Shown: positions 43,553 through 52,110, counted from the first letter of the stretch. The stretch is DNA of 61,674 bases from Candidatus Kaiserbacteria bacterium (GCA_016217975.1 JACRFH010000028.1:1-61674), one strand, 5' to 3'. Notes: a model not told the origin generated them from the letters alone. Translations and numbers: made by a program.

Positions 43553-43580
43553 GATTATCACTCGTCTGGCACACAAGTCA
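43553..43580 (-). promoter_or_regulatory. Candidate sigma70-type promoter (minus strand)
   Basis: On the minus strand: TTGACT (43580..43575), a 16-nt spacer, then GATAAT (43558..43553). Confidence 0.4.
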
Positions 43581-43624
43581 ATGAAATAGTGAGAGAAAGG
43601 CGCATTGCGCAGGTCTCTTGACTT

Positions 43625-43653
43625 CCTGTCAAAGAAAATCTCCCGTGCTATAA
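43625..43653 (+). promoter_or_regulatory. Candidate extended -10 promoter (plus strand)
   Basis: TGcTATAAT at 43645..43653 with a weak -35 CTGTCA at 43625..43630 (17-nt spacer). No plus-strand CDS lies downstream. Confidence 0.45.
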
Positions 43654-43659
43654 TTTCCC

Positions 43660-43881
43660 TCCAAACGAAGATACGGATTCGAAGTGGATCCAAAACCTAG
43701 GGAAACCAGCGAAAGCTGATCGGTCTTGGATCCGCTTCGGAGCCCTACCAAAGAAAGTCCGTACAAAAGGACCTTAATCGACCGGCATCCTATATGAAGA
43801 AGTGGGGGTGTCAATTTCTTTTCGTTGCGTAGTATGACGGAGGTACGGCACAAAAATGGCAAGGTTCAACCTTGCCATTTT
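43660..43881 (+). ncRNA. Candidate ~220-nt structured ncRNA of unknown class
   Basis: Bounded by the promoter above and by the REP-A2 hairpin plus T-run. Internal helices: GGATCCAA/TTGGATCC (43685..43692 / 43725..43732), CAGC-GAAA-GCTG (43706..43717), GTCC/GGAC, and a closing CCTCC/GGAGG (43657..43661 / 43838..43842). No convincing ORF. Confidence 0.35.
43855..43877. repeat. REP-A palindrome copy 2, bidirectional terminator
   Basis: AAAAATGGCAAGGTTCAACCTTGCCATTTTT, 29 nt downstream of the minus-strand stop at 43906. Confidence 0.9.
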
Positions 43882-43905
43882 TGTGCGGTTAGTTCGTAAT
43901 ATATT

Positions 43906-46758
43906 TTACTCGCAATTCACCAAAGAATTCGAGCCGCTCCCGGGATTACAGCTATCGATCCCTGGTCCGCCATTGATTGCGTCATTTCCTGTGCCAGTCG
44001 TCACTGTGTCGTTACCTCCACCCGCATTCACGGCGTTCTGTCCATTTCCGGCATTAATGATGTCGCTCCCGCCACCAGTTTTGATGGTATCGTTTCCATT
44101 TCCCGTCGTGATCGTGTGATTGCCATCACCTGTCGAGATCGTGTTGTTGCCATTACCCGTGCTGATGAATGCATTGCCATCTCCGGTTTTGATTGTATTT
44201 TGCCCACCGAGAGCATCAATTGTGGCATTCCCAGAGCCCAGAGTGATGATGTCATTTCCTGCTCCGGTGCACACGATATAATCCCCCGTGCCTGCCTTTA
44301 CGACGTCGTTGCCGCCATTGCCTTTAAACATCGTAAACGGGACGAGTGTGACGATGTCGTTTCCGGGAGAACCATTCCGGAGAGTGTAGCCCGTGGGCGG
44401 TGCTGAAAGAGTACAGGCGTTCGCCGGAGGCGGCGGAGGCGGGCATGGAGTGTTCCACACGACCACCCATTTATTCACGGTAATGTTGCCGAAATTCGGG
44501 ATCAAGGTATGCGGCGTCCCCGCTTGAGCTTGCGCGAGCGTATTTCCCGTGGTGTAACCCACAAGCTTGAATTGCTGGCCGTTTGCGCAATTGGGGCCGA
44601 CGACCGGAGTCGTTGTGTCTTCATTCGTTGTATAGCTCGATCCGTTGGTCATGTCGGAAGTCACCGCTTCATACGCATTCGGTGTATTGAATCCAATAGT
44701 GCTCAAAGCATAATTACCGCTTCCCGCGCCGCCGAGATTCACCGCATTCCAGCTAGCCGTCATCGGGAAAGCTGCGCTACCAGCATTCCCTGCGGTTGCA
44801 TGCACGCCACTGATATTTTTAACAATCGTCACTTTGACATCCTTGCCGTTTACGAACGTGCAGATAACTTCGTCGCCGCTGTGTACCGTGATCTGCTCTC
44901 CACCCGCGATTGGTGTGCCAATGCTCTGATTTTCGTACACGCACGAGACGCTCTTGAAAGTCCATCCTGCGGGAGGCGTGAGTTCGTTGACGTCATACGT
45001 TCCTGGATTGAGTGACATCGGCGAAGATGTCGCCCAGCCATTTACGGTCGTGAGTGCGGGGACCGCGGGATTCATGGGACCAGTAACTGTGAAGTTGAAT
45101 GTGTCATTGCCATTGAGCGTCTTTTTGACAATCGTAAGAGTTGCTGGCGGGCACGTTTTGTTCCAAACGATTACGTATTTGTCGCTCGTGATATTTGTGA
45201 AGCTTGGGATGGTCGAGGTCGAAGGAGTCCCGGACTGCGCATCGGAAAGCGTCTCTCCCGTGGTGTAGCCCTCGAGCGCAAACGGCTTGTCTTCGGCACA
45301 GCTCGCGCCGACGACCGACTCACTGGTCACTTCATGCGTCGCGTAATCCGAGCCAGCATTAGCATTTGCAAACGATGCCTCGTAGGCCGGATCGCTTCCC
45401 CATCCGGCAGGCCCCAGGGTAAACGGCGCGTCCACCGCATTGCCATACGTAACGGAATTAAACGTGGTGAGCATCGGGAAGTCGGAATTGTTGCCGCTTG
45501 CGATAGTCGCATGCGCGCCGTCGATGTATTTCTCGATCTTCACCGTAATCGGTGGGAGTGGCCCGTTGCATGGGCCCGCAAGATCTGATGTCGTGAGCCA
45601 CGGCGTGTAGTCGATGGTGACGCTCGTGCCGACCGAATCGCCCGAGCCTGGGCCGATAGGCCCGGGACCGCTCGAAGAGCCCCACCAGTTGCACTCGGCG
45701 TTTATCGATTCAGTGCCGCTATATGCGATGCCTTTTGCGTTGCCGGCGATGCTGTTGCGGTTTATGACGTTTGTCGAGATTGTTCCTGCCGCCTGACCCG
45801 CCGAGAGGAAGATGCCTTCGCCACTTTGCGTAGCGCCATTTCCGATAAACGTATTGAGAGTGATTGTGTCTCGCTGTCCACCCCGATCTACAGCCGTATT
45901 GCCAAAGGAGGTAAGTTCAAGTCCGCCTCGACCGTTTCCGTCGAAGGTATTGTTGGTGATCGTGGTGTCCTGAATGCCGCCCTGCAAACCAGGGAACGAG
46001 TTGTTTTTGAAGGTATTGCCGGAAATATCGCCGAATCCGAACGCTCGTGAGCCGAGATTTGCGCCGGTGACATTGGCCTGGAACAAATTGCCGGTCATCT
46101 TCGGTGAGCGCGGCGTCGCGCTTATACCGACATTGTGATTGCCGTCGACGAAGAAGCCTGTCGCGTGTCCATTAACGACGTTGTTGTTGGTAAACCAAAG
46201 TCCTGCGAAACTGTCAGTGTCCAAGTGAACGACATCACCACTCCCCGTTTGCGAAATGCCGTCAATTTCATTCTTGTCGATGTTGATGTCTTTGCCGCTG
46301 TCGTTGAGGAACATTCCGTTGCCGGTAAATCCTATGATGCGATTGTTGAGAATGCTCAAGCCGTCGAGCGGTCCGCTAGTCGAAAGAATGCTTTGCGCGC
46401 CGCCCGAGATCGTGAAGCCGTCGACAGTCGCCCCCGCAGAACCCGTCACCAGTGTGATACCCGCCCCGGAGACCGGAGCAATGATGGATTCGCTTGCAAC
46501 ACGTCCGCGCGCGTCAACGCCGTTTTGCGCGCCTTTCAGATTCACCGAGCGATTGAGTGTAATATTTTCTGCATACGTGCCAGCTGCCACATTTATCGTC
46601 GTGCATCCCGCGTCATTTATCGCGTCTTGGATCGTCGCATAATCGCCGGGCACACTGCACGTAGGCCCTGCCGCGAGAGTGACCCCTGCGTACGCGAGAA
46701 GTGCGAAAGCGATAAGGCTGATAAGCGGGGCTACCTTCGAGGGAATCGAAGTATGCAT
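43906..46758 (-). CDS. Secreted 950-aa protein: right-handed parallel beta-helix (pectate-lyase/NosD-like) repeats, two prealbumin/SpaA-like domains, C-terminal Gly-Asp nonapeptide (RTX-like) repeats
   Basis: Signal peptide. Beta-helix repeats include NNRIIGFTGNGMFLND, NNVVNGHATGFFVDG and NTFKNNSFPGLQGG. SpaA-like TLTIVKKTLNGNDTFNFTVTG...GTYDVNELTPPAGWTF. The C-terminus carries more than 10 repeats of the GxGNDxI type. Confidence 0.7.
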   Translation of the reverse strand: MHTSIPSKVAPLISLIAFALLAYAGVTLAAGPTCSVPGDYATIQDAINDAGCTTINVAAGTYAENITLNRSVNLKGAQNGVDARGRVASESIIAPVSGAGITLVTGSAGATVDGFTISGGAQSILSTSGPLDGLSILNNRIIGFTGNGMFLNDSGKDINIDKNEIDGISQTGSGDVVHLDTDSFAGLWFTNNNVVNGHATGFFVDGNHNVGISATPRSPKMTGNLFQANVTGANLGSRAFGFGDISGNTFKNNSFPGLQGGIQDTTITNNTFDGNGRGGLELTSFGNTAVDRGGQRDTITLNTFIGNGATQSGEGIFLSAGQAAGTISTNVINRNSIAGNAKGIAYSGTESINAECNWWGSSSGPGPIGPGSGDSVGTSVTIDYTPWLTTSDLAGPCNGPLPPITVKIEKYIDGAHATIASGNNSDFPMLTTFNSVTYGNAVDAPFTLGPAGWGSDPAYEASFANANAGSDYATHEVTSESVVGASCAEDKPFALEGYTTGETLSDAQSGTPSTSTIPSFTNITSDKYVIVWNKTCPPATLTIVKKTLNGNDTFNFTVTGPMNPAVPALTTVNGWATSSPMSLNPGTYDVNELTPPAGWTFKSVSCVYENQSIGTPIAGGEQITVHSGDEVICTFVNGKDVKVTIVKNISGVHATAGNAGSAAFPMTASWNAVNLGGAGSGNYALSTIGFNTPNAYEAVTSDMTNGSSYTTNEDTTTPVVGPNCANGQQFKLVGYTTGNTLAQAQAGTPHTLIPNFGNITVNKWVVVWNTPCPPPPPPANACTLSAPPTGYTLRNGSPGNDIVTLVPFTMFKGNGGNDVVKAGTGDYIVCTGAGNDIITLGSGNATIDALGGQNTIKTGDGNAFISTGNGNNTISTGDGNHTITTGNGNDTIKTGGGSDIINAGNGQNAVNAGGGNDTVTTGTGNDAINGGPGIDSCNPGSGSNSLVNCE

Positions 46759-46999
46759 ATTGGTTTCCTTAAGTTATAAAAAACCTTAGGAGTAATGGCC
46801 ACTGATAATAATGACATGAGCGCAACCTCTGCCAATCCTATTGACTGCGTATGAAATCTTGGTGAACTGCGGGCCTGCGGGGCAGGTGTCTCGGAGGGGC
46901 CCCGCAGGGCTTGGCCCGAGGACAGGCGATTTTTCAGCAGAAAAATCGCGAACTCCGGAGAAACGCCTGCCCTGCGCGGCTTTCTTGATGGGCCCAACT

Positions 47000-47025
47000 A
47001 AAAACGCCCCTCCAGAGGCGTTTTT
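47000..47025 (-). terminator. Intrinsic (bidirectional-looking) terminator after gene 47053..49194
   Basis: AAAAACGCC-CCTCCAGA-GGCGTTTTT, 28 nt downstream of the minus-strand stop. Confidence 0.65.
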
Positions 47026-47052
47026 AGTTTTGAGTCTGGTTCTCGATCTCTG

Positions 47053-49194
47053 TCACTCGAGCGAGAAGTAGCGCTTCCACGCCCACCACCCACCGGCCAA
47101 GATCAGGATAAGGAGAACGAACAGCCACCAGAGACTGCGCACGTCTTTCATAGCTCCGGTAGAAGTCGCCGTACTCGTGCTCGAAGATGAGAAAACGCTT
47201 GACGACGGGTTCGTATCTACCGTTGTACCCGTTGGATTCTGCCTTGGTCCCGAAGCTGCCGGCGTATAGCCCGCACCCCCTGCTCTTGCGCGAGCGATGA
47301 TCGATTGCTCATCGGCGGTAAGCGGAAACGGCACGCCTCCGCAATACAACTCGTTTATCTTCTTTCGCGTCGTGAGGTAGACGTAGCCGGTGGGCTCGCT
47401 GATGCCCCATGGCGTAAGAACGTCTGATGCGTATTTCACCTGGAATTTCTTCACCGCGTCCAAGGTCGCCGCGTCATACATGCCACTTAGTGAGAGTGAA
47501 TTCTTTTCGAAAGCATTCAAGAATACTTGAAGACGCAAGACTTGTTCGCGATCGTTGCTTCTTCCCTCTTTGATGAAGCTCGTAAGGAATGCGCCACAGC
47601 TTCCGGCGGGCACCGTGGATGCGCCTAGCACTTCTCCGCCTCCGCCAACTCCAAATGTGGGGATGATAGAGCCGCCTCCGCCTCCAAGTGAGCCGACGAT
47701 CGGGCCGTTGCCTCCTCCTCCACCTCCCCCGCCTCCTCCTCCACCACCGCCTCCCGAAGACGCTGGGACTGTCGAAGGACTGCTTCCAGGGGCAGTGGAC
47801 ACGAAGCTCTTTGTCGCCGTGTTGTTATCAGTGTTTGAATCAGGGTTGTTGCTCGTTATCGTCGCAGTGTTGGTTATGGTAGCCCCTGCCGTGCTGCTGC
47901 CAACGGTGACGGCAATTTTCAGTTTCGTGCTCGAGCCATTTGCGAGCTCTCCGATTGTCCAGATGCCAGTCGAGGTGGCATATGCGCCATTTCCATCATC
48001 GGATACGTAGGTGACGCCGCTTGGCAACACATCAGTTACCGTCGCCCCCGCCGCAGTGTTGGGGCCGTTGTTGGTCGCAGTAAGCGTGTATAACACACCC
48101 GTCCCGGGATTTGGCGACGCCTCGCTCACTTCTTTTGCGAGCGACACATCAGCCGTCGAGGTGCTGTAGGTGTTGGTGACGGTGCAGACGCTCGTGCTGC
48201 CTACTCCCATCACGCCCTGACATCCCGAAGTCCGCGTCATCGCGTATGTCCCCGGGCCGCCGGTTTCCGTCACATTGAAGGCACCGACACCGAGCGTCAA
48301 TGTCGTGCCAGTAGCACTTCCCGTGAATGACGAATTAGAAACGCTTGTCCCCGTTACGTGCATGGTGAAGTCGCTCGAGGTCGCCGAGCCTCCAAGGGAG
48401 TTGTCGACGAGCTTCGTCACCGTGAGCTGCGGAATGAATGCAGCACAATCGGGATCGGCAAGATCTACAAGACCATCTCCATCGTTGTCGACTCCGTCGG
48501 AGCAAAGCGCGAGCGTGTTTTCTGGAATGCCGCCGCCTCCTCCGCCTCCTCCTCCGCCGGCAGTTGCAGCTTCGTTATTTCCTTCTCGATTGTATGATGC
48601 CGAATTTGACGCGTCAAAATCGGTGTGACATCCGGGATCAAGAATATCAATCTTTTCATCCAAGTCGTTATCAATCCCATCTCGGCACTGTGGTACAAAT
48701 AGAAGCTCGTTGTCCAAGTCCGGGTCATATGCGCCTAAACCACCTGTGCCCGTATTGATGTGACATGCAGGATCGCCAGCATCGATGAGTCCGTCGTCGT
48801 CGTTGTCGAGTCCGTCCCGACATTGCGGAACAAAAAGCGACTCATCATCGAGCGTTGGGTCGTAGGTATTATTGACATTTCCTCCCGTATGGCAGGCCGG
48901 ATCCTCGCCATCGATGAACCCGTCTGGTATGGGTTCGTTATCAATGCCGTCCGAGCACTGTGCCTGATGTCCGCCTTGCTCTTGGCACTGATCTGGAAAA
49001 AGATTTACAGGTGTACCATGACTATCTATTGCAGTGAAAACTATACAGACGATGCATCCCCCGGAATTCGGGAACGGGCAACTGTCGGCTGATAATGCTC
49101 GAGCTGGACGCTGGTTTCCCACGACGATGGAGACGATTGCAAGCACCAAAAAAAGCGTGCCGCAAATCGTCCACATCTTTTTTTTCAACGCCAT
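47053..49194 (-). CDS. 713-aa surface protein: four Cys-bracketed Asp-rich repeats, poly-Gly tracts, DUF11-like domains, peptidoglycan-binding domain, C-terminal membrane anchor
   Basis: QCSDGIDNE...DPACH, QCRDGLDNDDDGLIDAGDPACH, QCRDGIDNDLDEKIDILDPGCH, LCSDGVDNDGDGLVDLADPDCA. G11 and G15 runs. DUF11-like VSLAKEVSEASPNPGTGVLYTLTATNNGP. PG_binding_1-like REQVLRLQVFLN...AVKKFQVKYA. C-terminal WWLFVLLILILAGGWWAW. Confidence 0.7.
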   Translation of the reverse strand: MALKKKMWTICGTLFLVLAIVSIVVGNQRPARALSADSCPFPNSGGCIVCIVFTAIDSHGTPVNLFPDQCQEQGGHQAQCSDGIDNEPIPDGFIDGEDPACHTGGNVNNTYDPTLDDESLFVPQCRDGLDNDDDGLIDAGDPACHINTGTGGLGAYDPDLDNELLFVPQCRDGIDNDLDEKIDILDPGCHTDFDASNSASYNREGNNEAATAGGGGGGGGGGIPENTLALCSDGVDNDGDGLVDLADPDCAAFIPQLTVTKLVDNSLGGSATSSDFTMHVTGTSVSNSSFTGSATGTTLTLGVGAFNVTETGGPGTYAMTRTSGCQGVMGVGSTSVCTVTNTYSTSTADVSLAKEVSEASPNPGTGVLYTLTATNNGPNTAAGATVTDVLPSGVTYVSDDGNGAYATSTGIWTIGELANGSSTKLKIAVTVGSSTAGATITNTATITSNNPDSNTDNNTATKSFVSTAPGSSPSTVPASSGGGGGGGGGGGGGGGNGPIVGSLGGGGGSIIPTFGVGGGGEVLGASTVPAGSCGAFLTSFIKEGRSNDREQVLRLQVFLNAFEKNSLSLSGMYDAATLDAVKKFQVKYASDVLTPWGISEPTGYVYLTTRKKINELYCGGVPFPLTADEQSIIARARAGGAGYTPAASGPRQNPTGTTVDTNPSSSVFSSSSTSTATSTGAMKDVRSLWWLFVLLILILAGGWWAWKRYFSLE

Positions 49195-49484
49195 ACGCTC
49201 TGAAAATTAAAAGATGAGTAATAATTTTTTTCAATATTTTCTATGCCCAAGCGTACTACCGTGCACGCACGCGTCAATTTTTTTCTGCGTCAGACACCAA
49301 ATCAAATGGACTGTCTAACAGACAATCTCTGTCCGTGAGGATGTCCTTATGGAGTGCTCACTTTGAGCCATGAATCCAACGACGTCATTTGCCAGCTCGT
49401 CGCCATTTCGCACCTGTAGCCGCGTTCGAAAAACGAGAATTTCGCGTTCCAGCGACCAAAATGAAGTAATTTAATCTCCAAAAT

Positions 49485-49886
49485 TTAGAAGTATTTCTTC
49501 CAACTCTCAAACCGCGGCATTTTGCCGAGAATCTTGGTCGCGACAAAACGAGAAACTAGACCTATTACAAACCCCAACATTGCGAGTACAAGATCCTGCA
49601 TCAAAAAAAGCGAACTACTACCCCATTCGAAAAGAAGAATAGGAATCAGAAATACGATAACGAGTATATATTTCCTTCGCTCACCAAAAAGTACGAACAT
49701 TAGCGGTATAAGGAAGATGTAGTTAAGCATCAGTCCAACAATGTCGCCTAAGTCAAGCCAAGCCCCTCCTGATTCGTGGAAAATTGCTTTGTACAAACTC
49801 CAACTCTGCTTAGCCAAGAGTCCTGCGAATAGAATTACTGCCGCAAACAAAATTGCATATCTGATCACGTTTTTGACAGACGTCAT
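49485..49886 (-). CDS. Hypothetical four-helix membrane protein
   Basis: 133 aa, AT-rich, 4 nt after the upstream stop. Confidence 0.4.
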   Translation of the reverse strand: MTSVKNVIRYAILFAAVILFAGLLAKQSWSLYKAIFHESGGAWLDLGDIVGLMLNYIFLIPLMFVLFGERRKYILVIVFLIPILLFEWGSSSLFLMQDLVLAMLGFVIGLVSRFVATKILGKMPRFESWKKYF

Positions 49887-49889
49887 AAT

Positions 49890-52004
49890 TTAATGACTGA
49901 CTAGCCAATTAATATCTGCAACAAGCAAGTCGTACGCTTGCTTGTTGATGTCTCGATCCTCTCGCGCATCCTGAAGATCTTCTAGCATATCCTCATATGC
50001 CTCAATTCTATCACCTCTTTTCTTCATTTGCGCCGCTTTCCCCAGACTCTTCAAAAAAGAGTCTCTAAATTTCTTGGACTTAATCCATCTGGCATTATAT
50101 GCGCGATTGACATCATTTTGAGTACTACTGATTGTAGCTACTATTTGAACGCTACCAATCGTTGCATTTGATCCAGTCACTCCAACATTGATATCGTGCT
50201 CTGTTATCAAGTCCGGTTGCGTCAGGCCGGTGAAGAATTGCGTGGTTGAAGTCGCATCATTTATCGCACTGGCGGCAATCGTGTAAGACCCGCCAGACCC
50301 GGTGCCTTGCGTAATGACTTTGTATTTGCCATTCAGGGGATTGGGAATGGTGACATATTCTTCGTCCGTACCGAATCCGGAATAGAAAGCATCTGGTATC
50401 TCGTTAATTTCCTGACTAGTTGTGAACTCTTTTCCGATCCTCTTTCCATCCGGGCCTATCACAACAATATCTGCAGGGGAAAGAACCTGAAATATGAGTA
50501 TCCCCTTTGCGGTTCCTAACAATCCATGACTGTTGTTTATGAGAGTTGACGCCTCTTGACCAGCGAGCTTCTTGAACACCGATCCTTCGGTTGCGGTAGG
50601 AAGCTCGTTGTGTTCAAAATTCACAATGTTGAGATCGTTTGCAATGAAGCTTGCCGATGAGAGAGGAACGGTGCCATCTCCCACCCCTCTTTCCAAGCCT
50701 TGATCGGTTGATGCTTTCCCGAAATTCTCGGGCTTCCCGAAACCCCAGAGTGCAGTGGTGCTTATCGTGGTTGGTGGAACGACTCGAATGACGCTAATAG
50801 TGGTACTGCTAGTGAGTTTCCCTACAAAGTTTGTGATCGCTATGCCAGAGCTATAAAGCGCAGACATGTTATTGTCTAAATCCGACAAGAAAAGGTTTCC
50901 GGGATACCAATTCGTATTTGGATATGATGAAATAGCTGAAGAGTCGGCATGCTTAATGTAGCTGTAGACTGGTAATAATTCTTGTGCTGATGGAATTGGC
51001 TTACTTCTGACATAATTAAACAGACTCGTATATCCATTTTCTATGGCTTCGATTAAAAGAAAATACTTAAAGAGTCGCCCTTCACGTGTCACATCAGTTT
51101 CCCCGCCTTCCCACATCAAATATGCATTTGGGGCACCCATTTGCGGAGTGCCGAGGAAGATGAGTTTGCGGACGTCGTGGGCATAATCGCCAGATTGGAT
51201 ATATTGGCGGGCGACGAGTCCTCCCATTGAATGCGCCACGATATCCACCTTGTCGCATCCGCATATCGCTTTTACATCTGCAATCTTTTGTTTCAAGAGC
51301 GCAGCCGTGTCGCGATTTGATACATGCCAGTCATACGGGAAAGGAAATAGTGTTTTGTCTTTCTCATACCCATTGGCTACCAAGGTATCGATGAGATTGT
51401 CGTAGGTATGCGCGATCGGATCGATGAGCCACTCTCCGTTGTGCTCTGCAGAGCCCAAAATCCCGGGAATAATAATGACGGGAGTGAAATTGCTGCTCGC
51501 CGCTTCTTGTATGGTGAAATGCAGAGTCTCGATAGATGGCGGGCCAAATTGCGCATGGGCGGACTTAGCAAATATGTCGGCCAGAAATTGTTTGAGACGA
51601 TCATTGAAATTGAGCACCGGCCCCGGCTCCTCGATGACGTCAAGCTCGTACTCGCCTTCCGCGGGCCACGCAAGCTCCGTATCGCCCAATACATTTTGCC
51701 TAAAGAACGTACCAATCTGCACGCGCGCCGGCGTCGCGCCCGAATTGTCTATTGCATACAAGACGCCCGAGACCGGCCCAAACGCGAGCGGATCAAAAAT
51801 ATATGCGGGCGCGGGAGTATTGAGCGGTACCTCATAGGTGCCCCCGTGCGAAATCTCGATCTGCGTCGGCGTCCCACCATTTTCATCGCCCCAAATGAAA
51901 GTCGACGCGTGCGCGGATACGGGCAACGCAAAAATAAACGCGGCCGCGACCATTGCGACGTATGCTGATAAAACCCCAACGCCCGACCGCATGGCGCGCA
52001 ACAT
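49890..52004 (-). CDS. Secreted alpha/beta-hydrolase (lipase/LCAT/PGAP1-like) with large C-terminal extension
   Basis: Signal peptide after MLRAMRSGVG. Nucleophile elbow DIVAHSMGGLVARQY. The start was chosen downstream of the palindromes, and alternatives exist at 52028 and 51992. Confidence 0.65.
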   Translation of the reverse strand: MLRAMRSGVGVLSAYVAMVAAAFIFALPVSAHASTFIWGDENGGTPTQIEISHGGTYEVPLNTPAPAYIFDPLAFGPVSGVLYAIDNSGATPARVQIGTFFRQNVLGDTELAWPAEGEYELDVIEEPGPVLNFNDRLKQFLADIFAKSAHAQFGPPSIETLHFTIQEAASSNFTPVIIIPGILGSAEHNGEWLIDPIAHTYDNLIDTLVANGYEKDKTLFPFPYDWHVSNRDTAALLKQKIADVKAICGCDKVDIVAHSMGGLVARQYIQSGDYAHDVRKLIFLGTPQMGAPNAYLMWEGGETDVTREGRLFKYFLLIEAIENGYTSLFNYVRSKPIPSAQELLPVYSYIKHADSSAISSYPNTNWYPGNLFLSDLDNNMSALYSSGIAITNFVGKLTSSTTISVIRVVPPTTISTTALWGFGKPENFGKASTDQGLERGVGDGTVPLSSASFIANDLNIVNFEHNELPTATEGSVFKKLAGQEASTLINNSHGLLGTAKGILIFQVLSPADIVVIGPDGKRIGKEFTTSQEINEIPDAFYSGFGTDEEYVTIPNPLNGKYKVITQGTGSGGSYTIAASAINDATSTTQFFTGLTQPDLITEHDINVGVTGSNATIGSVQIVATISSTQNDVNRAYNARWIKSKKFRDSFLKSLGKAAQMKKRGDRIEAYEDMLEDLQDAREDRDINKQAYDLLVADINWLVSH

Positions 52005-52063
52005 ATGGCGGCCATTATGGCACTTCATGAACAAATGAACCTTAATCACCTGTGGAAAAGTAG

Positions 52064-52103
52064 ATATATCTCTCCTTGCGCGGCCGCGCAAGGAGAGATA
52101 TAT
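52064..52103. repeat. Perfect 40-bp palindrome without loop (centre GCGGCCGC)
   Basis: ATATATCTCTCCTTGCGCGG|CCGCGCAAGGAGAGATATAT. It lies 8 nt from REP-A3. Confidence 0.95.
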
Positions 52104-52110
52104 GTTAAAA

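Noticed and set aside
43668-43684. tmRNA-like 5' motif ACGGAUUCGAAGUGG
   Set aside because: There is no GGGG acceptor start, no tRNA-like 3' end with T-arm plus CCA context, and no tag ORF ending in a hydrophobic Ala-rich peptide.
43685-43732. SRP (4.5S) RNA domain IV-like hairpin with a GNRA loop
   Set aside because: The conserved asymmetric and symmetric loop sequences (the AGGUCC-GGAA-GGAAGCAGCC type) are not present.
43741-43850. RNase P RNA-like element: AGAAAGUCCGUAC (43750..43762) with a complementary GUACGG-C-AC (43842..43850), resembling the P4 helix strands
   Set aside because: Only ~95 nt separate the two strands and ~90 nt precede them. There is no room for the specificity domain, and the other conserved regions (the GGUAA and ACAGAA type) are absent. 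It is kept only as part of the unclassified ncRNA candidate.
46868-46980. c-di-GMP-I (GEMM) riboswitch upstream of the 950-aa surface gene, based on a GCGCAGGGCAGGCG segment
   Set aside because: Similarity is limited to a few nucleotides. The tetraloop and receptor arrangement and the conserved ACGCACAGGGCAAACC / GGGACGCAAAGCC boxes are not there. It is reported only as a structured leader.
47690-47765. CCN/GGN-rich repetitive tracts (also 48530..48560 and 38300..38560), considered as CRISPR or microsatellite arrays
   Set aside because: They lie in frame inside long CDSs and encode Gly or Gly/Ser runs with mixed codons. There is no repeat-spacer periodicity and there are no cas genes. No CRISPR array is present in the window.
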